Below the pieces are notes generated by a model. It saw only the letters and a program-made list of their open reading frames with translations. It did no database searches and was not told the DNA's origin. A stretch of 64,000 nt of DNA from Alkalispirochaeta sp. (lineage in GTDB: Bacteria; Spirochaetota; Spirochaetia; DSM-27196; Alkalispirochaetaceae), in assembly GCA_965601925.1 (NCBI GenBank), contig OZ271854.1:288001-352000 (forward strand), written 5' to 3'. Position 1 is the first letter of the stretch, and every line of letters starts with the position of its first letter. The position numbers were made by a program, and so were the translations under genes. Shown in pieces: positions 9,231 to 22,587 of the stretch.

Positions 9231-10502
9231 CTACCACCGAATCGTGGGATCGAGTTTTACGCCGATCCACGCGCTAATCTCGCTCATGTCCGCGGCGATC
9301 CGGCCGATGCCGACCTCCTCGGTCAACTCCGCCACGAGCCACTCGCGTCCCTCGAAGGGAAATCGTGCGCCCTCGCCGGACACGTCGACGCCGACCATCG
9401 CGTGGGCAAACTCCATGCTCACCATCATGATCGCCTCGAACCCGAGGTGGTGGAGCAAAATTGCGTAGGTCAGTCCCAGACTATCGCAATCGCCGGCAAA
9501 CTCGACCAGGCACGAGGCGGGATTCATGAGGTCGCTCAGGGAGGCGGTCCGCTCGTAGCGCGCAGTTTGGAGCCACTCTACAATACGCGCCGGCATGTCG
9601 TCGCGTGCAACGCCCGCCGAGGCGAGATCCATGAAGATCGCCTCGGCGACCGGCTGTAGGCGATCGAAGCTGTCGCGATAGAGCATACGAAAGTAGCGGC
9701 GCCACGCGGTCACCCACCACGGCGGCTCGCCGGCTCCATGGTGATGTTCGCTCTCCGGCGGGGGGGCGTACGAGCTCAACACGCGCGCCTCGCGCTCAAT
9801 GAGTATCTGGTGCGCCTCGCGGATCTCCGGCGAGCTGATTGACGGGGGAAGCACATACTCGACGCCGCTGGGAAGGGTAATCGTCGCTCCGGCTTCCCCG
9901 TCGGAGGCGCGGTCCGCGCGATCGGCGGAGAAGAACTGGCTCACCGGGCCCGGCATGGCTCGCGACGGGATATCGGGTGAGAAGCTATCCAGAACGGACA
10001 GAATATGATCGTGATACGCCTCATAGTGGTCGGTGGAGACGTAGGTCATGACGGCGTAGTCGAATTCGTCACGATTGAGAAAACTCATGTATCCCCGCAC
10101 CTCGAATCGCCCGGTCGAGAAGCGATAATCGGCGAAGATCGCGGGCTCTCCCAAATAGCGGAACGATGCCGAATCTCCGGCTGCGTCGAACCGTTCCCTA
10201 ATGTGTCGATCGACCGCCTCGGCGGTGGCAAACCTACTTCCCGGAAAGGCGATGATCTGAAACACGGCGACACGATTGGGGTCGGCAAAACTGACGATTT
10301 CGGCATTCTCTCCGTCGAGAATGTGCCATCCCGCCGGTAGATCGACGACATACTCGAAGTCGGGGTTGCGAAAAACCGTCTGGGCCCGAGCGTAACTCGT
10401 CACCGCGAGGAGGAGAGCCACGACCGACACGATACGAGTATATTTCAGGAGACGACGGGCACCACGTCGCCGGCCGTCCACGATAGTCGACTTTATTCTC
10501 AA
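9231..10502 (-). CDS. Secreted protein with C-terminal transglutaminase-like (Cys-His-acid) domain
   Basis: TTG start with AGGAGG SD; signal peptide ending ARA|Q; GDCDS...AILL...HAMVGV...WLVAE motifs. Confidence 0.75.
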   Translation of the reverse strand: MRIKSTIVDGRRRGARRLLKYTRIVSVVALLLAVTSYARAQTVFRNPDFEYVVDLPAGWHILDGENAEIVSFADPNRVAVFQIIAFPGSRFATAEAVDRHIRERFDAAGDSASFRYLGEPAIFADYRFSTGRFEVRGYMSFLNRDEFDYAVMTYVSTDHYEAYHDHILSVLDSFSPDIPSRAMPGPVSQFFSADRADRASDGEAGATITLPSGVEYVLPPSISSPEIREAHQILIEREARVLSSYAPPPESEHHHGAGEPPWWVTAWRRYFRMLYRDSFDRLQPVAEAIFMDLASAGVARDDMPARIVEWLQTARYERTASLSDLMNPASCLVEFAGDCDSLGLTYAILLHHLGFEAIMMVSMEFAHAMVGVDVSGEGARFPFEGREWLVAELTEEVGIGRIAADMSEISAWIGVKLDPTIRW

Positions 10503-10547
10503 AACCGCGTCCTCCTGCTACTATGGTCGGACGCTAAGGAGGGAACG

Positions 10548-11951
10548 ATTACTATCGATTCGCAGACCCGGACCGCGACCGTCAGACCCGCGGTAACGCG
10601 GGGAACGGTGACCGTCCCGGCATCGAAGTCCCATACCATTCGCGCACTCCTCATTGCCGGATGCGCCGACGGCGAAAGTACCATCGAGAACGCCTTGAGA
10701 AGCGCCGACATCGACAGTTGCGTCGCCGCCCTTAGGACCCTCGGAGTGAGCGTAGCCGAGACCGCCCGCGACGACAAGGGAGCCACACTATCGATTACGC
10801 CGCCGGCCGGAGGCGCTTTCTCCGGTAATCGTTCCCGACAGCGGAGCGACGCGTCGCCCCTGCGCATCGATGTGGGAAACAGCGGTACCACGCTCTACTT
10901 TATGACGGCGCTGGCGGCGCTTCGTTCGGACGGTATACGCTTCGACGGCGACGGGTCGATCCGGCGGCGCCCGGCCGGCTCCTTACTGGAGGTACTCCGT
11001 GCACTCGGCGCGACCGTCGTCTCCGTCGGTTCCAAAGCGGAAAACGGCGGGCCGTCGGACGCCGCACGCGAACGCGTACCGTATTGCATTTCCGGGCCGT
11101 TGCATCCCGGGCGTTCGGTGACGCTCGCAAGCCCGACGAGTCAATATCTCAGCGCCCTCCTTCTGACCGCGCCGCTCATCGCGACGGCGACCGGCACGAC
11201 ACCGAACGAACAAGCCACGACCATTGCGCTCTCTCTTCTCAACGAGCGTCCCTACGTCGACATGACCTGTTGGTGGCTCGATCGGCAGGACATATCCTAT
11301 GAGCGCGACGGGTACCGACGCTTTGTAATTCCCGGCGGACAACGGTACAGGCCCTTTTCCGACGTGCTTCCCGGAGACTATAGCTCGGCGACCTTCTGGT
11401 TTTCCGCGGCCGCAGTGACCGGCGGCGAGGCGACCGTAACCGGTCTGTCGCTACAGGACGTCCAGGGCGACCGAGGCGTGTTATCGGTTCTCGCCCGTAT
11501 GGGCTGTATCGTCGAGGAGACGCCGTCGACGATACGCGTCGCCGGCCGTCCGCGTCGAGGCGGTCAATTCGACCTCAATGCGATGCCCGACGCGCTTCCG
11601 GCCCTGGCCGTCGCGGCGTGCTACGCCCCCGAGCCGGTGCGTCTCGTCAATGTAGCGCAGGCAAGAGAGAAAGAGACCGACAGAATCGGCGTCATGGTCG
11701 GTGAGTTGAAACGACTCGGAGCGACGGTGCGCGAGCGTCCCGACGGTATCGAGGTGGAGCCGTCGCGACTGTCCGGAGGAACGGTCGACAGTCACGGCGA
11801 CCACCGCGTCGCCATGGCTCTCGCCGTCGCCGCCCTGGGTTCATCGGATTCCGTCACGATCGGCGACGCAGGGGCGGCCTCGGTGACGTATCCCGGTTTT
11901 TTTCGCGATCTGGCCGCCGTCGCGCCGGGAAGTATCGTCGCCGAACCGTAG
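10548..11951 (+). CDS. aroA: 3-phosphoshikimate 1-carboxyvinyltransferase (EPSP synthase)
   Basis: VPASKSH, DVGNSGTT, TSQYLSALL, PGDYSSA, MPDALPALA, KETDRI, SHGDHRVAM, TYPGFF. Probable start is ATT at 10548 (alternative GTG at 10608). Confidence 0.95.
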   Translation: MTIDSQTRTATVRPAVTRGTVTVPASKSHTIRALLIAGCADGESTIENALRSADIDSCVAALRTLGVSVAETARDDKGATLSITPPAGGAFSGNRSRQRSDASPLRIDVGNSGTTLYFMTALAALRSDGIRFDGDGSIRRRPAGSLLEVLRALGATVVSVGSKAENGGPSDAARERVPYCISGPLHPGRSVTLASPTSQYLSALLLTAPLIATATGTTPNEQATTIALSLLNERPYVDMTCWWLDRQDISYERDGYRRFVIPGGQRYRPFSDVLPGDYSSATFWFSAAAVTGGEATVTGLSLQDVQGDRGVLSVLARMGCIVEETPSTIRVAGRPRRGGQFDLNAMPDALPALAVAACYAPEPVRLVNVAQAREKETDRIGVMVGELKRLGATVRERPDGIEVEPSRLSGGTVDSHGDHRVAMALAVAALGSSDSVTIGDAGAASVTYPGFFRDLAAVAPGSIVAEP

Positions 11952-12676
11952 TGATGGAGCAAAAGAGAGCACCCGACGGCCGGGCATCCTACTTGGAGTA
12001 CTTGGCCGATCGCGCCCACACCCACATCTTCGACGTCGACCACACCCTCACCAGGCACTCCACCGGCCGGCGATTTGCCCAGGCTGGCGTCAAAGTGGGA
12101 CTCTTCTCGCGCCGCCATCTTCTGAGCCTGCCGTGGTTCTACCTTCGCTACCGACTCGGTCATCTGAGTCTCGAGGACGTCACGCGAGAGATCAGGGTCT
12201 TGCGCGGACGCACGCGGAGAGAGTTGTCGGAGATCGCGCTATCGGCGTGGCGCGACCATATTGCGCTGGACCTGTACACGCAGGCGACTCGGTACGTCCG
12301 CTCGCTCGTCGATCGCGGACGGCGGGTGGTACTCGCCAGCACGACCTTCGACGTCATCTTGGAGCCACTCGCCCGGGAACTGGGAGTGCGCGATACCATC
12401 TCCTCGGTCCTGCAGTTCGAACACGACCGGGCCACCGGCTGGCTTCTGGGAGGTCCCTGTTACGCCGAGGAGAAGGCGCGCCGCATCGCGGTATTTCTCG
12501 ACGACCACGGTATCGATCCCGATGGGTGTGCGTTCTACTCCGACAGCTTCCACGACCTTCCGAGCTTCAATCTCGTGGCGTTTCCGGTACCGGTCCATCC
12601 GGATGCGCTGTTGCGTACCCGCTGTGCGGCGGCGGGGTGGCGCGCGGTGAGCTGGAAGCGTGGACAACGCGATTAA
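11951..12676 (+). CDS. HAD-IB family hydrolase (phosphoserine phosphatase-like)
   Basis: FDVDHTL motif I, LAST motif II, K motif III, FYSDSFHDLP motif IV; start overlaps the aroA stop. Confidence 0.88.
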   Translation: MMEQKRAPDGRASYLEYLADRAHTHIFDVDHTLTRHSTGRRFAQAGVKVGLFSRRHLLSLPWFYLRYRLGHLSLEDVTREIRVLRGRTRRELSEIALSAWRDHIALDLYTQATRYVRSLVDRGRRVVLASTTFDVILEPLARELGVRDTISSVLQFEHDRATGWLLGGPCYAEEKARRIAVFLDDHGIDPDGCAFYSDSFHDLPSFNLVAFPVPVHPDALLRTRCAAAGWRAVSWKRGQRD

Positions 12677-12687
12677 AGCGACCCTCG

Positions 12688-13650
12688 TTACACGAACCAC
12701 GCGAGGGACAACCCGACAAAGAGCGGAATCGTCGCCAAAGAGACCAAATAGGTAAAGAGAATCATCTGCCCGGTGTAGTGTAGTTGTTCGGCGGTTCCGA
12801 CGGCACGCGTCACGACCATCGTCTGCGTCGCCGGTGGTACGGTGGCCTGCAACACCAACAACATACGCATGCCCCACCCGAACGACCCGTCGAGTCCCGG
12901 CCACGGCAGCGCTACCAAAAGAAGCGTGGCCGCCGGATACAACACCATTCGCCAGGCGGCAAAGAGCCAGTGCTCGCGATCGAACACGAGCTTCTCGCGG
13001 ATACTGGCGAGCGCCCCTCCGAGGGCGATGAGGGCGCCGTCGAGGGCGAGATCGCCCACCCGACCGGCGGCGGAGAGGACGGTGTGCGGCACGTGCCGAT
13101 ATACGCCGGTCACGGCAACGACAAACCCGATCGCCATGCCGACCAGGGGCGGGTTAATCTTGATCGAGATGCGCCGCATGTCGAGATGTCCACTCTCGAT
13201 CATCGGTACCGCTACGGCCCAAAAAGTGACGTTAAAGGCGAGGAGATACGAGAACATCCCGAGCAGAATCGACTCCGGCGCAAGGCGTTCCAAAATCGGC
13301 AAAGGAATGAATCCCGCGTTGTGGACCGCACCCAACAGTATGTAGCTGGTGGGCTGGCTCACCGCCGCCCGTTTCAGGCGCGTAACGAGGCGTGCGAGCC
13401 AACCTTGCAGCGTCATCATGACGAGACACAGCACGAACAACAAGAGCAGCACCGGCCACCCCAGCGCCGAGGTACTGTCCCACCCCGTCGGGATGCGCAC
13501 GACGAAATAAAAGGGAAAGAGCACTTTCAGAACGACGAAGAGGAACGGGGGCAGCAAACGCCGTTGCGCCCACGATGGTCGAAACACGACGAATCCGACG
13601 CCTGCGAGCAACGACAGATACCCGATGGTAGTAAGCAGAGAGACGAACAC
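12688..13650 (-). CDS. AEC family transporter
   Basis: HNAGFIPLP, INPPLVGM, LIALGG, LQATVPPA motifs. Start moved to GTG 13650 to avoid overlapping the divergent AKR gene. Confidence 0.82.
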   Translation of the reverse strand: MFVSLLTTIGYLSLLAGVGFVVFRPSWAQRRLLPPFLFVVLKVLFPFYFVVRIPTGWDSTSALGWPVLLLLFVLCLVMMTLQGWLARLVTRLKRAAVSQPTSYILLGAVHNAGFIPLPILERLAPESILLGMFSYLLAFNVTFWAVAVPMIESGHLDMRRISIKINPPLVGMAIGFVVAVTGVYRHVPHTVLSAAGRVGDLALDGALIALGGALASIREKLVFDREHWLFAAWRMVLYPAATLLLVALPWPGLDGSFGWGMRMLLVLQATVPPATQTMVVTRAVGTAEQLHYTGQMILFTYLVSLATIPLFVGLSLAWFV

Positions 13651-13713
13651 CGCGGACGACCATAGCGCGAACTCCCGGTAGTCGCAAGGCCGCGTTGGGT
13701 CTATGCTAACCCT

Positions 13714-14544
13714 ATGGACATACAATCGTTGATAAAACTTAACAACGGTGTGCATATGCCGCGTTTCGGCCTCGGGGTGTTCAAGTCGCCTCCCGGCGCG
13801 GAGACCGAGACCGCGATTCGCGAAGCTGTTGCGGCGGGATATCGGAGCATCGACACCGCAAGCATCTATCGCAACGAGGAGAGTGTCGGTGCCGCGATAC
13901 GGCACGCAGGCGTCGGGCGGGAGTCGCTGTTCGTCACTACCAAGGTTTGGAACAGCGACTTCGGATACGATAAGACGCTACGCGCCTTCGACGAGAGTAT
14001 GCGCCTGCTCGCGCTTGAGTATCTCGATCTGTATCTCGTCCATTGGCCGGTAAAAGACGCCTACCTCGAGACGTGGAGAGCGTTGGTGGAACTGTATCGA
14101 GCGGGGCGCGTCCGCGCGATCGGCGTCAGCAACTTTCAGATTCACCACATTCGGGAACTTGCCGAGCGGTCGGACGTCGTACCGGCGGTGAACCAGGTCG
14201 AGCTTCATCCCTACTTGCAACAACGGAAGCTCAGCGAATATTGTATGGAACACAACATCGTGGTCGAAGCGTGGAGCCCCATCGCAAAGGGTAACGTCGT
14301 GAACGAACCAGTTCTTCAGACGATCGGCGCCGCTCACGGTAAGACACCGGTACAGGTCGCCTTGCGGTGGGGCTTGCAACGGGAGATCGTAGTAATACCC
14401 AAGTCAATACAGCCCAATCGAATTCGAAGTAACGCACAGGTGTTCGATTTTACCCTGAGCGACACCGAGATGCAGCGCATCGAGCGACTCGATCGCGAGG
14501 ATGATGGACGCCTCGGCCCACACCCGGACCACTTCGATTTCTGA
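13714..14544 (+). CDS. Aldo/keto reductase (AKR5, glyoxal/2,5-DKG reductase-like)
   Basis: GYRSIDTASIY, FVTTKVWN, YLDLYLVHWP, IGVSNF, NQVELHP, IPKS. Confidence 0.95.
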   Translation: MDIQSLIKLNNGVHMPRFGLGVFKSPPGAETETAIREAVAAGYRSIDTASIYRNEESVGAAIRHAGVGRESLFVTTKVWNSDFGYDKTLRAFDESMRLLALEYLDLYLVHWPVKDAYLETWRALVELYRAGRVRAIGVSNFQIHHIRELAERSDVVPAVNQVELHPYLQQRKLSEYCMEHNIVVEAWSPIAKGNVVNEPVLQTIGAAHGKTPVQVALRWGLQREIVVIPKSIQPNRIRSNAQVFDFTLSDTEMQRIERLDREDDGRLGPHPDHFDF

Positions 14545-14565
14545 TAGAGCACGAAAGGAGTCGCT

Positions 14566-16542
14566 ATGCGTTTACGCGCAAAGCTCATGATAGCCTTCGA
14601 GACCCTGGGAGTCATTATCCTGATAGCCGGGGGTATCGGAGTGTGGCAGATCGCGGAACTCAACCGCGCGGCGGGCCAGGTCGCAAACGTGGCGACGCCG
14701 CACTTATACGCAATCCTCGATTCGCAGAAAGATACCTTGCAGGCGAATCTTCTGGCCGGCAACATCGATCCGGAATCCATCGAAGATGCTCAGTTGGACG
14801 AGATAAACGCGCTGCTGAGCGAGGCGGAGTCTACTCTGTCGATTATCCTAAGCGGCGAAGGAACTATACTGGGAGATCGCGTAGACGCGGTCGAAGACAC
14901 CCAAATTCGGCAATCCCTGGAGTTGATGCTCTCCTATCTCCGGGTAACGAGAGCCAACATCCAGGATCAGCTCATGTTCATCCGCCAGTTCGGGAATGTC
15001 AGTAACACCCTCGCCGCGCGACTCAACAACGCGCTGATCGGCTATGTCGAGGCGACCGAAACCGCCGAGGCGGCGATCGAGCGAGAGCTCATTACGCTGC
15101 GCTCCACGATGGTCGCCACGGCGCGGACAGGCATGATCATTCTCGTCGCCGCCACCGTTCTCAGTTTGATCATAGCGCTCGTTTTGGCGGCAATCATCTC
15201 AAACCACGTCGTATCGCGGGTGCGTAAGGTCACGAACGTGACCGAGCGCCTGGCCGAGGGCGATCTCACCACAGTGGTGGAGGTGCAGGGACGGGACGAG
15301 ATCGGAGATCTCACCGGAAACGTCAACACGGCGATCGCCGGCCTCGGTTCCATCATCGGCACCGTCGTCGAGGGGGTGAACGTCCTCTCCGAGACCGGCC
15401 GGACCCTCGCATCCAGCACCGACGATACGGTGCGCGCCGTGGACGAGATCAACACCGTCGTCGAACGGGGCAACGCCGGAAACGAGGAGTTAGTGGCCAA
15501 CGTGACCGAGACCTCGGCGGTCGTCGAACAGCTCGTACGCAACATCGAGTCTCTGGACAACGGTGTACAGCAGCAAGCGGCGGTGATCGAGGAGTCGTCC
15601 GCATCGATCGAACAGATGATCTCCTCCATCGAGAGCATTGCCGCCATCTCCCATCGAGCCCAGGATCAACTCCAACGGCTGACGCAGGTCTCGGACGACG
15701 GCCGCCGCTCCCTCGATGACCAGGAGGCGATGGTCTCCGAAATGTCTACGGCGAGCCAAAGCTTGGAGGAGGCGAACGGACTCATCGCGGGCGTGGCGAG
15801 TCAGACGAATCTCCTCGCGATGAACGCCGCGATCGAGGCGGCCCACGCCGGAGAGGCGGGGCGCGGATTCGCAGTCGTCGCCGACGAGATTCGCAACCTT
15901 GCCGAAAAAACGAGCAAACAGTCCCGCCAGGTAAAAGAGGAGATCAACGGCCTTCGCAAACTCATCGAGCGGCTGGTCGAGGGAAGCCACACGAGTAGCA
16001 AGGGCTTCGCCTCGATTCGTGACGAGTTGGACGGGGTCAGAAACGTATTTGATGAGATCTATAACGCGATGGAAGAGCAACGGACCGGCGGTGCGGAGAT
16101 TCTCAAGGCGCTGACACAGATGCGGGAGATGACCGGTACCGTCCACGACGGCTCCAGCGAGATGAAGTCGGGAACCGAGCAGATGCTCTCGGCGATCCGC
16201 AACGTCAATGAGGTGGCCCAAGAATCGCGTCAGGCAATGCACAACCTCGCCTCGGGAACCGAACGCATCAGCGTAGCGATGGCGAACATCTCGTCGATCA
16301 GCGAACGTAATCGCTCTCAAATAGAGGGCATCATCGCCTCGACCGAGCGTATCGTTATCTCCCAGGACGACGATAATGAGTCCATCACGGAGTATTCCGA
16401 AGCCGTGGAGCCGCAAGAGTCCGACGAAGCTGCGGCCGAAGAGCACGAGGCGGATGCGGCGGACGATGTCGAGCGATCGGACGACGGCGGCGCGCCGGAG
16501 GAGATTCTCGAGCCGTCGGAGGAGGAGGCGCTTTCCACCTAA
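14566..16542 (+). CDS. Methyl-accepting chemotaxis protein with acidic C-terminal tail
   Basis: Two TM segments, HAMP domain (GDLT...DEIG), [44 protein letters not shown]. Confidence 0.95.
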   Translation: MRLRAKLMIAFETLGVIILIAGGIGVWQIAELNRAAGQVANVATPHLYAILDSQKDTLQANLLAGNIDPESIEDAQLDEINALLSEAESTLSIILSGEGTILGDRVDAVEDTQIRQSLELMLSYLRVTRANIQDQLMFIRQFGNVSNTLAARLNNALIGYVEATETAEAAIERELITLRSTMVATARTGMIILVAATVLSLIIALVLAAIISNHVVSRVRKVTNVTERLAEGDLTTVVEVQGRDEIGDLTGNVNTAIAGLGSIIGTVVEGVNVLSETGRTLASSTDDTVRAVDEINTVVERGNAGNEELVANVTETSAVVEQLVRNIESLDNGVQQQAAVIEESSASIEQMISSIESIAAISHRAQDQLQRLTQVSDDGRRSLDDQEAMVSEMSTASQSLEEANGLIAGVASQTNLLAMNAAIEAAHAGEAGRGFAVVADEIRNLAEKTSKQSRQVKEEINGLRKLIERLVEGSHTSSKGFASIRDELDGVRNVFDEIYNAMEEQRTGGAEILKALTQMREMTGTVHDGSSEMKSGTEQMLSAIRNVNEVAQESRQAMHNLASGTERISVAMANISSISERNRSQIEGIIASTERIVISQDDDNESITEYSEAVEPQESDEAAAEEHEADAADDVERSDDGGAPEEILEPSEEEALST

Positions 16543-17486
16543 CGGGCGTCTGTGTCGCGGCGCCTTCGACGACGGATTCGATCGCGCAGTCCTCCCCGAA
16601 TCTCCTCGAACTGACTCTGCAGCGTTTCCAGGAGACTCCGGTCGAGTTCGATCTGTCCCGAGAGCTCTTTTGCCGCGTCGACGATCGTGCGCACCCCTTC
16701 GTCGGCCTGCAGGAGGAATCGATCCAGTCTGGCTAACGCCGTCTCTCTCACCGCTTCGTCCCGCCCGTCGTCCTCTTCATACTGCGCAAAATCGTAGTCG
16801 ATCAAATCGCGCCGGATCTCACCGATGAGTCGTCGATGGAGGTCCGAATGGATCGCCTTGAGCATGTAGGCGATGCGCCCCTCCTTTTCCAAACGGCGGA
16901 CGCTCACCTCCACCCACGTACCGGTGAGGAACTCCAGCGGTCGATACTGCGATGCCGCCTTGCCGAAGGCGTGATCCTCTCCGAGCGTAATCGTCTCATC
17001 GAACCCGCCGACGCGCCGAAAGAGTCGCCGCGTAACCAAGATACAATATCCGGTAGTCCTGGGCTGCGTACGCACGGTAAAGCGCGTCACGGTGCTCGCA
17101 AAATTGAACAGTAGCGTATCGAACGCCACGTCGGTGATGGGGCGCGCCTCGCACACGGCAAGATCGATAAAGCGACGTTCGAGCTCGCTCCAGGCGCTTG
17201 AAAGAAATCCGTCCGGGAGCCGCACATCGGAGTCAAGAAAAAAGAGAAACTCGCCGCGGGCGACGCGGGCACCGGCGTTCCGTCCGACCGCGGGAAGCCC
17301 GCCCTCGACGACGCGACAGTGGTGCTCCCGTGCGTACTCGCGCGTCCCGTCGGTGGATCCGGCGTCGGCGACGATGATCTCATAGTCGTCGAAATCCTGA
17401 CCCTCTACACTTTCGATGAGGGTAGGAAGATAGTTGCGCTCGTTAAGCGTCGGAATGACGATGGAAATGCGAGGGATATCGCTCAC
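16539..17486 (-). CDS. Glycosyltransferase family 2
   Basis: [37 protein letters not shown]...GED. Confidence 0.92.
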   Translation of the reverse strand: MSDIPRISIVIPTLNERNYLPTLIESVEGQDFDDYEIIVADAGSTDGTREYAREHHCRVVEGGLPAVGRNAGARVARGEFLFFLDSDVRLPDGFLSSAWSELERRFIDLAVCEARPITDVAFDTLLFNFASTVTRFTVRTQPRTTGYCILVTRRLFRRVGGFDETITLGEDHAFGKAASQYRPLEFLTGTWVEVSVRRLEKEGRIAYMLKAIHSDLHRRLIGEIRRDLIDYDFAQYEEDDGRDEAVRETALARLDRFLLQADEGVRTIVDAAKELSGQIELDRSLLETLQSQFEEIRGGLRDRIRRRRRRDTDAR

Positions 17487-17489
17487 GCG

Positions 17490-18356
17490 TTACTCCGTCC
17501 ACGCCCGGCGGTGAGCGGTCACGACACCGTCGACGTCGGTCGCGTTCCCGCCGGCGACGGCTACGAGGTTCCAGATCCGACAATCCCCGAGTATCGTTCC
17601 GTCGTACAAGTGTCGATCCTCGTTGCGGAAGAGACCGTATACGCCGTCGTAACCGGCAGATCGGAGGAGCGCTACAATCTCCTCTCGCCGGTAGCCGGCG
17701 TTCTGTGTGTTGACGCAGGAATACTCCACGATCACCGGCGGTCGGTACGTTTTAAGCGTCCTCGCGGCGCCGCGGAGTATCGATCGCTCGGCGCCCTCTA
17801 CATCTATCTTTATCAATGACGGCGGCGGAACCGTGCCGGCCTCGACGAGATCATCCAAGGGACGTACTCGCACCTCGACGCGCTCGACGAGTTCGAGCCG
17901 ATACCGTTCCAGGTCCGCGGTCGGTCGCCCGAAGAGGGAGGAAAACGTGTCGTCGCTGTAGATTTCAAGATGCGTCGTATCGTCGACCTCACCCAGGGCC
18001 AAGGGAATGATCGTCACGTCCGCCGTGCCCCAAAGCGAGACCGACAGTGCACACTCCTCGGCGCGGCGTACCAACCGCGCGCGTGCGGCCGGAGCCGGTT
18101 CAAAAGCGATGACCGAGAGGTGCCCGGCGCGCTTATCCGCGGCATTACCGTCCGATGACCGTGCACCGCGGCGCGGGGAAGCGCCGGAGGCTCCGCCGGA
18201 ATCGAAGAGCGGGAGCGAGAGCTCACCATCGTTGGCCCCGATATCGTAGACGACGAGCTCACGGCCGCCGACGGCGCGCGCCAACGTCCCCATCCAATAG
18301 CGAAGGTTGTCGTGAATATCGTCGTAGCCGTCGATCGTCGGAGAAGAGTGCTGCAC
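17490..18356 (-). CDS. FkbM family SAM-dependent methyltransferase
   Basis: YDIGANDG, VIAFEP, LDDLV, LIKIDVEGAE. Start uncertain (GTG 18356 or TTG 18392). Confidence 0.88.
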   Translation of the reverse strand: MQHSSPTIDGYDDIHDNLRYWMGTLARAVGGRELVVYDIGANDGELSLPLFDSGGASGASPRRGARSSDGNAADKRAGHLSVIAFEPAPAARARLVRRAEECALSVSLWGTADVTIIPLALGEVDDTTHLEIYSDDTFSSLFGRPTADLERYRLELVERVEVRVRPLDDLVEAGTVPPPSLIKIDVEGAERSILRGAARTLKTYRPPVIVEYSCVNTQNAGYRREEIVALLRSAGYDGVYGLFRNEDRHLYDGTILGDCRIWNLVAVAGGNATDVDGVVTAHRRAWTE

Positions 18357-18421
18357 GCCTCCATCGTAACAGAGAGTGCCTCGCCTTGCCAAAGACTCTG
18401 CAAACCGAACACAATGTCATA

Positions 18422-19276
18422 ATGACACAGTGGGACGTTTCGGCCGTATGCGACTTGATGATCGAGGCGGGTAAAATCGCGCTCGACCACTTTACCTCAC
18501 CCGGGACGGAACACAAGGCGGACACCTCCCTGGTAACCGTTGCGGACCGCGCAATCGAAGCGTATCTCGCGGAGGCACTCGCCCCGGACGCCGACGAGGC
18601 GCTTCTCATCGGTGAGGAGACCTCGGGTGCGATGACCCAAAACGATGTGGATGCCGCGCTGGCGGGCGCCACGTGGGTGGTCGATCCGATCGACGGCACG
18701 GCTCCGTACGCCAACCGGCTCCCGACCTGGGGAGTGTCCGTCGGATTTATGAGTGAGGGTCGGCTTACCGACGGCGCGCTCTTTCTTCCCCGTACCGGCG
18801 AGTTGTTCATCACCTCGGGTGACGATGTTCTGTATCATCGCGGTCCACGAGATCCCGACTATTGGGACTTTTCACGCCTATCACCGCTCGCCGCGACCGA
18901 TCGGGCGTATCGAAGCACGGGAATGGTCAGCTTACCTCAGGAGATCATGTATACCGGCGGTTTTTCGGGACGCAATCCCTTTCAATCGGTGGGCAGCGCG
19001 GTGTACTCGGTCGCAAAACTGATCCAAGGCAGTTATATCTGTTACGTAGCGCGTGTACGCCTATGGGACCTCGCCGGCTCCCTGCCGATTCTCCATAGAC
19101 TGGGTTTCCACCTTCAGTTCGCCGACGGTACGGAGCTCACCGATCGCGTCACGACCGACGGGTGGGTGCTCGACGCGTCGAGCAGCCGAATGTGGAAGAG
19201 CACGGGACTGCTCTACATCGCGGCGGACACCGCCACAATCGAATATGTAAAGACCCACCACAACGGTAAGCGCTGA
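18422..19276 (+). CDS. Inositol monophosphatase family protein
   Basis: VTVADRAIE, IGEE, WVVDPIDGT, LWDLAG. Start refined to ATG 18422. Confidence 0.9.
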   Translation: MTQWDVSAVCDLMIEAGKIALDHFTSPGTEHKADTSLVTVADRAIEAYLAEALAPDADEALLIGEETSGAMTQNDVDAALAGATWVVDPIDGTAPYANRLPTWGVSVGFMSEGRLTDGALFLPRTGELFITSGDDVLYHRGPRDPDYWDFSRLSPLAATDRAYRSTGMVSLPQEIMYTGGFSGRNPFQSVGSAVYSVAKLIQGSYICYVARVRLWDLAGSLPILHRLGFHLQFADGTELTDRVTTDGWVLDASSSRMWKSTGLLYIAADTATIEYVKTHHNGKR

Positions 19277-19305
19277 GGGACCCGCAACCGAACGGCCGCG
19301 CCCCG

Positions 19306-22563
<3,258 letters not shown>

Positions 22564-22587
22564 TTATGCGCGCGGTGGCGCCCCACC

